Origin: Actinomycetota bacterium
GTDB lineage: Bacteria; Actinomycetota; Actinomycetes; S36-B12
DNA length: 64,000 bases
Reading direction: 5' to 3'
Assembly: GCA_030681835.1 (NCBI GenBank)
Contig: JAUXRN010000075.1
Location: 1,561 to 65,560, forward strand
Part shown: piece after piece, positions 44,602 through 54,469 of the stretch
Numbering within the stretch: the stretch's first letter is position 1
Layout: each line of letters opens with the position of its first letter
Notes under the pieces: generated by a model
Told to the model about the DNA's origin: nothing
The model's input: the letters and a program-made list of their open reading frames with translations, nothing else
Databases searched by the model: none
Translations under genes and position numbers: made by a program

Positions 44602-46917
44602 TCAGGACGAGGCTGGTTCCTCCCTCGGGGCGATCCGCAGCTTCACGTAGCGCACCTCGCCCCCGCTGGTGCTGTCGACGTCCACCAATGCCACCGGGTA
44701 CATGCCAGCCCGGCTGAAGGAGACGACCGGCAGGTCCGCCAGCCCGTCCTCGTCAGCGGTGACCGTCGCGAGGTCGACGTACTTGCCGCGCAACTTGACG
44801 CGCACCTCGTACGTGGTGTCCGGCTCCAGTCCGCGAACCCGCAGCGACACCGGCTCCCCGGCCATTCCCTTGACGATCGGTGCCGCGGCGAGGGAATCGC
44901 CCACGGGCTTGCGCATCGTGCGCAGGGTCGCGTCGTCCGCCTCGTCCTCGCTGGCCAGCCAGAGCCCCGGGGCGACCGGCACGGGGTCCGGCCCGTACAG
45001 CACCTCGTCAAGCGTCGATGCGCCGCCGCCCGACGACGTGCCGCCAGTCCCCTCCGCACTCACGGTGATCGTGATCGTCGCGGTTGCCGAGCCACCGGCC
45101 GATCCGCTCGCCGTGACGGTGAAACGCGTCGCAGCCTGAGTCGCGGTGGGCGTACCGGTCACCACGCCGGTGCTCGCATTCAGCGACAGCCCGCCGGGCA
45201 GGGCGGGCGAGATGCGGAAGGTCCGCGTGCCTGAGAGCCCGGTCGAGGAGTACGAGCGCGTCGCGGTGATCGCGGTGCCGACGCTCGCAGCGACCGTCTG
45301 CGTCGACGGCGTGAGGGTCGCTGCCGACACCGTGATCGTCACCGTCGCCGTGGCCGAGCCGGCGTCCGCGCCGGTTGCGGTCAGCGTGTAGCGGGTGGCG
45401 GCCTGCACCGCGGACGGAGTTCCCGAGACCACGCCGGTGGTGATATCGAGGCCCAGCCCCGCGGGGAGGGCCGGCGAGACGGCATATGCCTTCGTGCCGA
45501 CGATGCCCGTCGACGTGAAGGTACGGGTCGATGTGATCGCGGTGTTGACGGTGGCAGAGACCGTCTGCGTCGACGGCGACAGCGATGCGGCGGCAACCGT
45601 GATGGTCATGGTTGCCGTGGCGGTGCCCGACGGGGTGCCCGTGCCGGTGATGGTCACGGTGCCCGCCGCCTGGGATGCCGTCGGCGTGCCCGACACCACG
45701 CCCGTCGACGTGTCCACGCTCAGGCCCGCCGGCAGCGTCCCCGACGTGACGGCGTACGTCACCGGGGCGGTCAGCCCGGATGCGGTGAATGCCGTGGTCG
45801 ACGTGATGGCGGTGTTGACGGTGGCGGAGACCGTCTGCGTCGACGGGGAGAGCGACGCCGCAGCCGTGACGGTGAACGAGATGGTCGCCGTGGCGGTCAG
45901 GGCCGTGCCCGCAGTGGAGTCCGTCGCGGTGATCGTCACCGACGCCGCCGACTGCACGGCGGTCGGGGTTCCCGACACCACGCCCGTCGACGTGTCCAGG
46001 CTCAGGCCGGTCGGCAGGGTTCCCGACGTGACGGCGTAGGTCACTGGAGCCGTCAGCCCCGTGGGCGTGAACGCGGTCGTGGCGGCGATCGCGGAGTTGA
46101 CGGCCGATGACACCGTCTGCGTGGCCGGTGCGATGGACTCCGCGCGAACGGTGAACGTGATCGTCGCGGTGGCGTTTCCGGTGCCGGAGCCCGTGGCGGT
46201 GATGGTGACCGCGGCCGCGGACTGCGCAGCGGTCGGCGTGCCGGACACCACGCCGGTCGACGCGCTCAGCGAGAGGCCGGCCGGGAGGGTCCCCGAGGTG
46301 ACGGCATACGTCGCCGTCCCGACGATGCCGCTCGTCGTGAAGGCCGTCGTCGCCGTCAGTGCCGCGTTCACCGCACCCGTCACCGTCTGCGTGGCCGGCG
46401 AGAGCGAGGCGGCCGCCACCGTGATGCTGACCGTGGCCGTCGCCGTCAGCGGAGTCACCGCCGTGGAGTCGGTCGCGGTGATGGTCACGGTCGCGGCCGG
46501 GTCCTGCACGGCCGTCGGCGTCCCGAAGACCACGCCGGTGGTGGTGTTCAGGCTCAGCCCGGTGGGCAGGGTGCCGGAGGTGACCGCGTACGTGACGGGG
46601 GCGGTCATGTCGACGGGGGTGTACGAAGTCGTCGGCGTGATAGCCGTGTTGAGGGTGCCGGACACGGCCTGGCTGGCGGGCGTGATGGCTGCAGCAGCGC
46701 TGGCCGGGGATGCGCCCGCGATGACCCCGCCGAGCATGGCGCCGGGCAGGACCACGAGCCCGGCGAGCACGCGGGCAAGCCGCCACGCCGCCCCTCGCCC
46801 CGCCTTGCGCTCGTTCGACACCGCAACCCCACTGCCCGAATCGCGCCCCCGGCCACTCCCACGTGCCCGGCCGGCGCCTACGACGTCAGTAGAACACGGC
46901 GGGCAGGTACCTGCCAC
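44602..46917 (-). CDS. Large secreted surface protein with six tandem Ig-like (putative-Ig/cadherin-like) repeats
   Basis: Six ~90-aa repeats each contain TYAVTSGTLP(A/T)GLSL.TSTGVVSGTPTA, followed by a distinct C-terminal domain. The true start is probably GTG ~46827. Confidence 0.85.
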   Translation of the reverse strand: MAGTCPPCSTDVVGAGRARGSGRGRDSGSGVAVSNERKAGRGAAWRLARVLAGLVVLPGAMLGGVIAGASPASAAAAITPASQAVSGTLNTAITPTTSYTPVDMTAPVTYAVTSGTLPTGLSLNTTTGVVFGTPTAVQDPAATVTITATDSTAVTPLTATATVSITVAAASLSPATQTVTGAVNAALTATTAFTTSGIVGTATYAVTSGTLPAGLSLSASTGVVSGTPTAAQSAAAVTITATGSGTGNATATITFTVRAESIAPATQTVSSAVNSAIAATTAFTPTGLTAPVTYAVTSGTLPTGLSLDTSTGVVSGTPTAVQSAASVTITATDSTAGTALTATATISFTVTAAASLSPSTQTVSATVNTAITSTTAFTASGLTAPVTYAVTSGTLPAGLSVDTSTGVVSGTPTASQAAGTVTITGTGTPSGTATATMTITVAAASLSPSTQTVSATVNTAITSTRTFTSTGIVGTKAYAVSPALPAGLGLDITTGVVSGTPSAVQAATRYTLTATGADAGSATATVTITVSAATLTPSTQTVAASVGTAITATRSYSSTGLSGTRTFRISPALPGGLSLNASTGVVTGTPTATQAATRFTVTASGSAGGSATATITITVSAEGTGGTSSGGGASTLDEVLYGPDPVPVAPGLWLASEDEADDATLRTMRKPVGDSLAAAPIVKGMAGEPVSLRVRGLEPDTTYEVRVKLRGKYVDLATVTADEDGLADLPVVSFSRAGMYPVALVDVDSTSGGEVRYVKLRIAPREEPASS
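45070..46695 (-). repeat. Intragenic tandem repeat array (6 x ~270 bp) encoding the Ig-like domains
   Basis: The repeat units are visible in the protein (ITV/FTV ... SLSPSTQTVSATVNTAITST ...). Adjacent units 4 and 5 share near-identical stretches. Confidence 0.8.
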
Positions 46918-47020
46918 GGGTGCCGCCCGCGCAAGGCACCCGCGACTCGCCCGTCATTCGGCCCGGGAGGTGGCCGTTCATCACTATCGTTCCGGCTAGG
47001 AGCCCAGCCCGTGGGCCTCC

Positions 47021-47293
47021 GTGAGCGGTCGGGAGAACTCGATGAGCGACCAGGTTGCGAAGCCAGACGCCAAGCGGCTCGGCGGCGGGGTGATCGCCTC
47101 GCTCGTGGGCCTGGGCGTCCTCGTCGTCTTCGTCCTGCAGAACCGCGAGGACGTCACGTTCACCTTCTTGTTCCTGGAGTTCACCTGGCCGATGTGGCTG
47201 TACACGATCGTCATCGCGATCGTCGGAGCCCTCATCTGGTTCGGCCTCGGCGTCATGCGGCGGCACCGCCGCCGCCAGGCCCGTCGCGACTAG
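47021..47293 (+). CDS. LapA/DUF1049-like small membrane protein
   Basis: It has two TM helices, a basic C-terminal tail (RRHRRRQARRD), and a NREDVTFTFLF motif. Confidence 0.7.
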   Translation: MSGRENSMSDQVAKPDAKRLGGGVIASLVGLGVLVVFVLQNREDVTFTFLFLEFTWPMWLYTIVIAIVGALIWFGLGVMRRHRRRQARRD

Positions 47294-47296
47294 CGC

Positions 47297-48550
47297 CTAG
47301 CCCGTCCGACCCAGCGGGGCGGCGACGGCGATGTTCGGCTGGTCGCCCGCCAGGTAGTAGCCCGTGACGTCGACCGTCAGGTCCGTTGCTCCTGCCGATG
47401 TGGTCAACACGATCGTGCCGTCCGAGGCGACCGGCACGATGGCCGTCCCCTGGCCGCGGCCGTTCATCGCTACCTTGACGACGGGCAGGTCGGTGCCCTT
47501 CGGCATGCGCACGCCGATCGTCGCGGGCGCCGTCGACCCGAGCGCGGTGACCGTCACCGCGACGGCGACGACTCCCTCCGCCGGGACGCTGCCCTGGCCT
47601 GTCACCATCGTGCGCACGCCGCCGCTGTCGCCGCGCCAACCCGAGGCCTGCAGCCGGCATGGGTCCTGGGGCGCCGGCGTGGCAGAAGGCGTCGGCAGCG
47701 GGTCCTCGCGCTGTCCGTCCCAGCCATCGCCCCAATCGCCCCAGTCTCCCCACCCTGGGTCGAAGCCGGTGACCACGCCCACGCCGGCGCGCGTGGCGAG
47801 GACCCGCGTCGGGGGGACTGCGACCATGTCGGCAGCCCGTCCGCCGGCAACCGCGTCGGCACTGCTGCGCCCCGAGGGGCAGAAGCCCGGCAGCACCGTG
47901 CCGTCCCACAAGGACGTGCGACCGCTGGCCCCGTCCCACGTCAGGGAGATGTGGATGTGGTTGCGATGGCACGACGTGTCGTTGCCCGACTTCGGATCCG
48001 AGAGGCAGTTGTCCAGCTCCGTCCAGCCGCGCTCTGGCGCGTAGGCAGCCCAGAAGCGGTTGTTCCACCCGATGTACATGATGCCCAGCCGGGTGGCGTT
48101 GCCGTGCGGCGTGCCGGCCTTGTCCGGCCCGACCAGCCAGGCCAGGAAGGCCTTCGCGTTGGCCTTGCCCTGCCGGCTGCGCACGCTGGTCATCCAGTCC
48201 AGGGCGCGGCCGTCCTTGTGCTCGCTGGTCCCGCCCACGCCGCAGCCTCGCGACGTGCCGATCGCCTGGCCCTGCCCGTACGTCCGCTTGATCAGCCGGA
48301 CGAGGGACGCGGTGCCGGGCCACGGCGTGGGGTGGCACGTGCGCTGGGCCTCGTAGCTCGCCGGGGCGTCGTACTCCGCCGGAAGCGCGCGGGTGATGAC
48401 CGGGGCCTTCGCCAACGGATACGCCGTGCTCGTCGCGCCGGGCTCCGCGACGGTCGTGGGGGATGCGGGGGCCGCGAGCGCCACGGCAAGGGCGAGCGCC
48501 CCGCTCGTCGCGAGGATGGGGCGAGCATGGCCGAGCCAGCGGAGCGTCAT
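47297..48550 (-). CDS. Secreted LAS-superfamily (M15/VanY-like) zinc-peptidase-like protein with a C-terminal beta-rich domain
   Basis: ATG 48550 follows GGAGAAGGG. It has a signal peptide, the S-x-H-x-x-G-x-A-x-D-like motif (TSEHKDGRALDWM), and a later HRNHIHISL motif. Confidence 0.7.
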   Translation of the reverse strand: MTLRWLGHARPILATSGALALAVALAAPASPTTVAEPGATSTAYPLAKAPVITRALPAEYDAPASYEAQRTCHPTPWPGTASLVRLIKRTYGQGQAIGTSRGCGVGGTSEHKDGRALDWMTSVRSRQGKANAKAFLAWLVGPDKAGTPHGNATRLGIMYIGWNNRFWAAYAPERGWTELDNCLSDPKSGNDTSCHRNHIHISLTWDGASGRTSLWDGTVLPGFCPSGRSSADAVAGGRAADMVAVPPTRVLATRAGVGVVTGFDPGWGDWGDWGDGWDGQREDPLPTPSATPAPQDPCRLQASGWRGDSGGVRTMVTGQGSVPAEGVVAVAVTVTALGSTAPATIGVRMPKGTDLPVVKVAMNGRGQGTAIVPVASDGTIVLTTSAGATDLTVDVTGYYLAGDQPNIAVAAPLGRTG

Positions 48551-48702
48551 CGATAACCCTTCTCCTGCAGGTGAGGAGTTGGCGTTCCCTATGGGCGTAT
48601 CGGCTCGTCGCTGCGCAGTGCTCCGGTTCGTCCGTCCCCCGAACCCTTCGACCCTACGTCTTCGGCGCCCGGAGGCCGGTGCGGGCGGTGTATAACGACC
48701 CG

Positions 48703-49491
48703 ATGAGCACATTGGGCGTCGTCGTCACGGGAGCAGGCAACGGGATCGGTCGCGCGTTGGCGCGACGCATGGCCGCCGAGGGGGCGCGGGTCGTCGTCAA
48801 CGACCTCGACCCGGTGGCCGCGGAGGCCGTGGCCGCCGACGTGGGCGGGTTCGCGATGCCCGGGGATGCTGCCAGCGAGGACGGCGTGACCGCCCTCATC
48901 GAAGGGGCGCGTGAGCACCTGGGCTCGATCGACGTGTACTTCGCCAACGCCGGCATCGACGTCGCGGGCGGGCTCGACGCCACGGCCGAGGACTGGCAGC
49001 GGTCGATGGACATCAATGTCATGGCGCACGTGCGGGCCGCGCGGCTGCTGGTGCCCACGTGGCTCGAGCAGGGCAAGGGCCGCTTCGTCGTCACCGCCTC
49101 CGCAGCGGGCCTGCTTACCATGCTGGGCAGCGCCCCGTACGCGGTGAGCAAGCATGCGGCGGTGGCGTTCGGCGAGTGGCTGTCCGCGACGTACGGGCAC
49201 CGGGGCGTCATCGTGCAGCTCATCTGCCCGCAGGGCGTGCGCACGAGGATGCTCGACGAGGCGGGCCCGGTGGCGGAGATCCTCATCCGTGATGCGGCGC
49301 TGGAGCCGGAGGACGTGGCCGAGGCCGCGTGGCAGGCGATGCAGGACGACCGCTTCCTCATCCTCCCGCACCCCGAGGTGGCCGACTACTACGCCGTGCG
49401 CGCCACGGACACCGAGAAGTGGCTGCGCAGCATGCGCAAGCTGCAGGGCAAGCTGGACGCCCTCGAGGCGTCCCGCGCCGGCCGCGACTGA
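48703..49491 (+). CDS. SDR-family oxidoreductase
   Basis: TGAGNGIGRA cofactor motif and Y-x-x-x-K (YAVSKHA). Confidence 0.88.
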   Translation: MSTLGVVVTGAGNGIGRALARRMAAEGARVVVNDLDPVAAEAVAADVGGFAMPGDAASEDGVTALIEGAREHLGSIDVYFANAGIDVAGGLDATAEDWQRSMDINVMAHVRAARLLVPTWLEQGKGRFVVTASAAGLLTMLGSAPYAVSKHAAVAFGEWLSATYGHRGVIVQLICPQGVRTRMLDEAGPVAEILIRDAALEPEDVAEAAWQAMQDDRFLILPHPEVADYYAVRATDTEKWLRSMRKLQGKLDALEASRAGRD

Positions 49492-49565
49492 CCCACGCGC
49501 CGACACCTGCCAGTGGCGTCAATCCGCGGCCCCGGGAGCGACGCCAGGTGCTGGTGTCGGCGGGG

Positions 49566-50597
49566 CTAGCGACGGACGACCCAGACCAGGGAGCCCTTCA
49601 CCTTGGTGCAGACCAGCTTCTTGCCCTTGTAGGTGGCCTTGGCGCCGGCCTTCGTGCACGGTGCCCCCGGCTTGGCCACGGTGGTGGCCTTCCCGAGCGT
49701 CAGCACCGCGCTGCTGATCCGGGCCTGCTGGTCATCGGATCCCACGACGTAGGAGAACCAGACCCGCAGCTGGCCGTTGACCAGCTTCAGCACCGGGTCG
49801 AGGGCGCGGGCGCCCTTGGGCGCGTAGAGCGGCGCCGCCCGCTTCGTCCACGTCAGGCCATCCGGTGAGCTGAGGATCTCGAGCTGCTGCAACGAGCCCC
49901 CGCTTCCACGATTCGACGTGACCATGAGGTACGTGCCGTCCGGCATCGCGAGCGGCGCGGGGTCGACGAGGTCCGGCGTGTCGGCGACGAGTCCGTCACG
50001 CTTGGTCCACGTCAGCCCGTCTGGCGACGTCGCCATGTGGATGCCGTGCTGCGACGTGATCGTGTTGTAGAAGAGCAGGTACGAGCCGTCCGGCTTCGTG
50101 ATCACGACGGGCACGCCGCACCCGACGTCGTCGAAGATCGGCCCGGGCTGCTGGGTCCAGTGCAGCAGGTCGCTCGAGGTCGCGTAGTAGAGCTGCTTCT
50201 TCTGCTTCGAGCACTGCACGGTCGGCGGCGCGCTGAAGCTCACCCCCGAGTAGTACATGCGGTAGCTGCCCGGGCCCATCCGCACGATCGAGTAGTCGAA
50301 GCCTGGCGGCAGTGCGACGTCGGTGGCCTTGGTCCAGGAGACGCCGTCCGTCGAGGTGTACGCCGAGGGCTGCAGCGACGTCGGGTAGAGGTAGTACGTG
50401 CCGCTCGCGTCGTCGTAGTAGACCTCGGGGGACACGCCCAGCGGCGATGCGGGCGTCGCCAGGGTGATGTCGAGGGTCGCGCCGGAGATCGTTGATGGCG
50501 TGGCCGACAGGATGGCGGCGCTGGCTGGCCCGACCAGGCCGACCAGCAGCGCCAGCGCGGCGATCCCGGCCATGCCCGTGCGCAGGCGAGTCTTCAT
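49566..50597 (-). CDS. Secreted BNR/Asp-box repeat beta-propeller protein (sialidase/glycosyl-hydrolase-like)
   Basis: It has a signal peptide and Asp-boxes STDGVSWT, SPDGLTWT (x2) and SSDLLHWT. The start was set at the internal ATG by ORF arithmetic. Confidence 0.7.
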   Translation of the reverse strand: MKTRLRTGMAGIAALALLVGLVGPASAAILSATPSTISGATLDITLATPASPLGVSPEVYYDDASGTYYLYPTSLQPSAYTSTDGVSWTKATDVALPPGFDYSIVRMGPGSYRMYYSGVSFSAPPTVQCSKQKKQLYYATSSDLLHWTQQPGPIFDDVGCGVPVVITKPDGSYLLFYNTITSQHGIHMATSPDGLTWTKRDGLVADTPDLVDPAPLAMPDGTYLMVTSNRGSGGSLQQLEILSSPDGLTWTKRAAPLYAPKGARALDPVLKLVNGQLRVWFSYVVGSDDQQARISSAVLTLGKATTVAKPGAPCTKAGAKATYKGKKLVCTKVKGSLVWVVRR

Positions 50598-50693
50598 GGC
50601 ATCCCCCATCGTCGGCGTCACGGGTGCGGTCACGGTACCGCTGTCAGCGCAGCGAATCCGCGAGAGCGTGCATCCGGTCCGGGGCTGGACCGG

Positions 50694-51059
50694 CTAGGAC
50701 CACGACCAGGGGGCACCGAAGAGGATCGTCAGGTTCACGGCCAGCCCCACGACGGGGAGCAGCACGATCAGCACCAGTGCGATCACCCGGCTCAGTCGTC
50801 CCGCCGAGGTCGTGCGCTTGGCGATGAGTCCCCAGGCCATCGCGCCGAGCGGGCCGAGGTAGCTGATCGCCGCCCAGACTCCCGTGGCCACCATTGCCCG
50901 ATCGGCGCAGCCCTCGGATCCCGAGTCGCACGTCATCACGTTGGCCATCAGCACCCCGATGCCGACGACCGTCACCACGAACAGGACGACGACGCACACC
51001 ACGATGAGAACGGTGTTGGGCAGGCCGCCCGGTCGGGCCTGCGACGCCTCATCGCTCAT
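50694..51059 (-). CDS. Small membrane protein, unknown function
   Basis: It has three hydrophobic helices. ATG 51059 (MSDEASQ) is preferred over the upstream run-on. Confidence 0.6.
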   Translation of the reverse strand: MSDEASQARPGGLPNTVLIVVCVVVLFVVTVVGIGVLMANVMTCDSGSEGCADRAMVATGVWAAISYLGPLGAMAWGLIAKRTTSAGRLSRVIALVLIVLLPVVGLAVNLTILFGAPWSWS

Positions 51060-51123
51060 GTCCGCTCCCTTCGCGCCGCTTAGGTGAAGCCACAGTAGGG
51101 CCACGGGCTATCGTGCCGGGGGA

Positions 51124-51723
51124 ATGGACGAGGATGGAGAGCCGATCGTGATCATCGCGCGCACCCGGCAGCGCCCGTCAGGCGTGGCCCTCGGCATCGT
51201 CGTGGCGGCGTTCTCGCTGCTGGTTGCGGCCGGGCCTGCGGCGGCGCACACCGACCTGGTGTCGAGCGATCCCGCCGACGGCGCGGTGCTGGCCACGGCT
51301 CCGCCCGCGGTGTCGTTCACGTTCAGTGAGTCGCTGCTGCCCGACACGGCCACGATCTCGGTGAACGACGCTGGCGGGAACGTCATCGCGAGCAGCCCGG
51401 TCGAGCCGGATGGTGCGACCGTGTCGGCACCATGGCCCGCTGAGGCGGCCGCCGGCACCTTCCAGGTCGCCTACCGCGTGGTCGCCGAGGACGGGCACCC
51501 GCTGACCGGGGCGATCACCATCGCCATCGACGCGGTGGCGTCCGCCCCAGCGTCCTCCGCGGCCTCGCCGTCACCCGCGGCATCGGCGACGCAGGGCCCG
51601 GTTGGCGAGCCCGCCGAGCCTGCCCGCGGCGTGGCGGGAGCGCTCGTCGTCACCGTGCTGATCGCCGTGGTCGTGCTCGCCATCGTCGCCGCGGCCGTGA
51701 CCTGGCGGCGGCGTTCATCCTGA
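51124..51723 (+). CDS. copC: CopC-domain copper-resistance protein with a C-terminal membrane anchor
   Basis: The mature N-terminus HTDLVSSDPADGAVL is typical of CopC. It also has ...YRVVAEDGHPLTG and a C-terminal TM helix. Confidence 0.85.
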   Translation: MDEDGEPIVIIARTRQRPSGVALGIVVAAFSLLVAAGPAAAHTDLVSSDPADGAVLATAPPAVSFTFSESLLPDTATISVNDAGGNVIASSPVEPDGATVSAPWPAEAAAGTFQVAYRVVAEDGHPLTGAITIAIDAVASAPASSAASPSPAASATQGPVGEPAEPARGVAGALVVTVLIAVVVLAIVAAAVTWRRRSS

Positions 51724-51731
51724 CGGTTCCG

Positions 51732-52310
51732 TCAGCCCGTGGCGGACGGCGAGGCCGGCGCTGACGGGGTGGCGGGCGTGGACGGAACGGACGGCGTGAG
51801 CCCCTGATCCGGCTGCGTGGGCACCCTGGGCTGCATGCCCGGGAACCCCGGCTGCTGGGCACGGTCGTGGCCGTGGCCCGGTCCCCCACGCTGGCCTGGG
51901 CCTTGACCCGGCCCTTCACCCGGGCCCTGCTGCCCGGGGAACCCGGGGCGGCCCTGGCCGTCGCCGAACTGCGGACCGCCCTGGGACCGCTCGCCGCCGA
52001 GGACGAGCCGCTCGCCACGCGGCCCGTCGGAGGAATCGGCGGTGAGGTTGCCGATGGCGAAACCACCGATGCCGGCGACCACGATCAGGCCGGCGGCGAC
52101 CACCCCGCCGACGACCTCCAGGATCGTGCGGGTGTGCGAGGCCGCCGGCGCAGCGGGAGCGACCGGTGCCGCGGTGACCGGATGCTGGTCGACGAGAGGT
52201 AGCGGCTCGGGCAAGGCCGAACCGATGGGGGTGGTGTCGTCCGTGGGCTCGCTCACGCTGGCGCCTTTCGCTGGTGACCGCCCAGGGGGGCGGGTCGGTG
52301 ACGGTCCCAC
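51732..52310 (-). CDS. Pro/Gly-rich membrane-anchored hypothetical protein
   Basis: It has one TM helix (ILEVVGGVVAAGLIVVAGIGGFAIG) and a low-complexity GPG/QGP-rich C-terminus. The start is uncertain. Confidence 0.55.
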   Translation of the reverse strand: MGPSPTRPPGRSPAKGASVSEPTDDTTPIGSALPEPLPLVDQHPVTAAPVAPAAPAASHTRTILEVVGGVVAAGLIVVAGIGGFAIGNLTADSSDGPRGERLVLGGERSQGGPQFGDGQGRPGFPGQQGPGEGPGQGPGQRGGPGHGHDRAQQPGFPGMQPRVPTQPDQGLTPSVPSTPATPSAPASPSATG

Positions 52311-52358
52311 TGTGGCCCGGCTTCGTGAAGGAACCGTCCCGCCCGTGTTAGGGCTGTG

Positions 52359-52946
52359 TCAGGAGGCAGGCTCGTCCGGGCAGGTCCCCCAACGGCCCAG
52401 GCCCGCCGCGACGGCCCGCTCCTCGGCCGCCCTCAGCTCGGCCTGCCAGGCCCCCGGCCGGGGTCCGTACTGGAGCTCCTCGGCGTATCCCCCCTCGACC
52501 GCCTCGAGGTTGAACAGCGACAGTCCGCCCGCTCCCTCGATCCACACGTAGGCGAGCGTCCGGCCGTACCGGTCCTCGCGATCCTGCGCCTCGTCGAACT
52601 CCAGGGTCACCTGCTGGTCCGCCAGCCGGTCCTGCGCGAACTGCGATGACTCGGGGCCGAAGCAGGCGACCGGGCTGCCCGGCTTGACCGTCTCGGGAGT
52701 GTCGATGGCGATGAGCCGCACGGTGACGTCCTCGCCCGCGACGTCGACGTGGATGGTGTCGCCATCGACGACCTTCGTGACGCGCAGGCCGGCTATCGTC
52801 TCGCCCCGGGGGACGAGCCCGGACGTGGCCACGGGGGTGCTCGTCGAAGCCGCGGGCAGCGTCGCTTGCGACGAGGTGCCGCATGCCGCCAGGGCCACCG
52901 CGGCGCACGAGGCCGACCCCGCGAGGGCCACCCGGCGCCAGGTCAC
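52359..52946 (-). CDS. Thermonuclease-family (staphylococcal nuclease-like) lipoprotein
   Basis: GTG 52946. It has the lipobox LAACG and SNase motifs (VVDGDTIHV, RLIAIDTPE, DRYGRTLAYV). The ORF extension to 53516 is antisense run-on over ppk2. Confidence 0.85.
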   Translation of the reverse strand: MTWRRVALAGSASCAAVALAACGTSSQATLPAASTSTPVATSGLVPRGETIAGLRVTKVVDGDTIHVDVAGEDVTVRLIAIDTPETVKPGSPVACFGPESSQFAQDRLADQQVTLEFDEAQDREDRYGRTLAYVWIEGAGGLSLFNLEAVEGGYAEELQYGPRPGAWQAELRAAEERAVAAGLGRWGTCPDEPAS

Positions 52947-53027
52947 TCCCGCAACGTAGCCGACCGGCCCGACACCGGATCGCGGCCCGGGCCCACCTCG
53001 ATCGCGCCCGGGTGCTTGACTTGCCGC

Positions 53028-53882
53028 GTGGCGAAGAAGGGCAAGGCCGAGGACTCCGTCGACCGCATCCCCAAAGGGCTGTACGAGAAGGAGCTGTACG
53101 CCCTGCAGGCCGAGCTGGTGAAGCTCCAGGAGTGGGTCCGCAACGAGGGCAGGCGCATGGTGGTGGTCTTCGAGGGCCGCGATGCCGCGGGCAAGGGCTC
53201 GGCGATCAAGCGGGTCACCCAGTACCTCAACCCCCGCGTCGCCGGCATCGTCGCCCTCCCCACTCCCACCGACCGGCAGAAGACCGAGTGGTACTTCCAG
53301 CGGTACGTGGCCGAGCTCCCGGCGGCCGGCGAGATCCGCTTGTTCGACCGGTCCTGGTACAACCGCGCGGGCGTCGAGCGGGTCATGGGCTTCTGCACAC
53401 CCGATGAGTACCGGCGGTTCCTGCACCAGACGCCGATCTTCGAGCGGCTGCTGATCGAGGACGGCATCATCCTGCGCAAGTACTGGTTCAGCGTCAGCGA
53501 CGAGGAGCAGGAGCACCGCTTCCGGTCCCGCCTGCGCGACCCCATGCGCCAGTGGAAGCTCTCCCCGATGGACATGGAGTCCATCACCCGTTGGGAGGAC
53601 TACTCACGGGCGAAGGACGAGATGCTCGTCCACACCGACATCCCCGAATCGCCCTGGTACATCATCGAGGGCGACGACAAGCGGCGGGCGCGCCTGAACA
53701 TGATCCACCACCTGCTGTCGAGCATCCCCTACTTCGGTGACGTGCGGCCGCCGCTCGACCTGCCCAAGCGCCCGGAGCCCACGGGGTACGAGCGCCCCCC
53801 GCGCGAGCTCAGCCACTACGTGCCCGACTATGCGGCCGAGCTACTCGAGCGCAAGGCCGAGGCCGGAAGCAAGGCCGACTAG
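53028..53882 (+). CDS. ppk2: Polyphosphate kinase 2
   Basis: Motifs VVFEGRDAAGKGS, FDRSWYNRAGVERV and WKLSPMD are PPK2 hallmarks. GTG start at 53028. Confidence 0.9.
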   Translation: MAKKGKAEDSVDRIPKGLYEKELYALQAELVKLQEWVRNEGRRMVVVFEGRDAAGKGSAIKRVTQYLNPRVAGIVALPTPTDRQKTEWYFQRYVAELPAAGEIRLFDRSWYNRAGVERVMGFCTPDEYRRFLHQTPIFERLLIEDGIILRKYWFSVSDEEQEHRFRSRLRDPMRQWKLSPMDMESITRWEDYSRAKDEMLVHTDIPESPWYIIEGDDKRRARLNMIHHLLSSIPYFGDVRPPLDLPKRPEPTGYERPPRELSHYVPDYAAELLERKAEAGSKAD

Positions 53883-54469
53883 GCCCAGGCCTCGCCGGTC
53901 ACGTCGGTGAGGTGATGGATGGGGTCGTGCAGGACGTAGCGCGCGAAGCTCTCCACCGTGAACGGCTTGTCGTCGCTTCGACGTCCCGGACGTGCCCACT
54001 GGTCCTCATCGAGTGCGGCGAGGTCATCTGCGAAACCCGATGCGCGGGCGGCGAGCGCGGGCATGACCGCGTCGAGATACTGCGAGGCGTACTGCTCCTC
54101 GACCGCCGCGGCATCCTGGTCCCAGTTGGCGAAGAGCGGGTCGTCCTGCTCGAGCATGAGCGCTGTTCGGTAGCGGGCCAGCGCGAAGACGTCGCGCACA
54201 TGGCATGCGTACTCCAGCGGCGACCAGGTGCCTGGATCGGGCCTCGCGGTGACATCGGCCACGCTTGCCATCGCCACCACCCATCGGTGGCCGAGTTCGG
54301 CTGCCAGTCCCGACAGATCGGCGCGCGCGGGCTCCCGCGAGTCGAAGCCGCAGTCAGGGCAGCGCTCGCCGAGCACCCACGTCCAGTCCTTCGTATCCGG
54401 TGAGATGTTCACGCCGCAACCGTACTTGTCGCGCCCTACGGTGAGGTGCGTGACCGGCAACATGGGCAT
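53879..54469 (-). CDS. DinB-family (mycothiol-dependent isomerase-like) metal-binding protein
   Basis: It has an N-terminal Zn-ribbon-like C-x-x-C (CPDC) and DinB-type His residues (YACHVRD, HDPIHH). Confidence 0.7.
   Translation of the reverse strand: MPMLPVTHLTVGRDKYGCGVNISPDTKDWTWVLGERCPDCGFDSREPARADLSGLAAELGHRWVVAMASVADVTARPDPGTWSPLEYACHVRDVFALARYRTALMLEQDDPLFANWDQDAAAVEEQYASQYLDAVMPALAARASGFADDLAALDEDQWARPGRRSDDKPFTVESFARYVLHDPIHHLTDVTGEAWA

Noticed and set aside
44602-46917. Possible CRISPR array or transposon repeats in the 45-46.7 kb repetitive region
   Set aside because: The repeats are ~270 bp, contiguous, in frame and encode Ig-like domains. There is no spacer structure and there are no cas genes.
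52359-53516. 385-aa version of the thermonuclease ORF
   Set aside because: The upstream half is antisense to ppk2. The lipoprotein signal (LAACG) begins right after GTG 52946.
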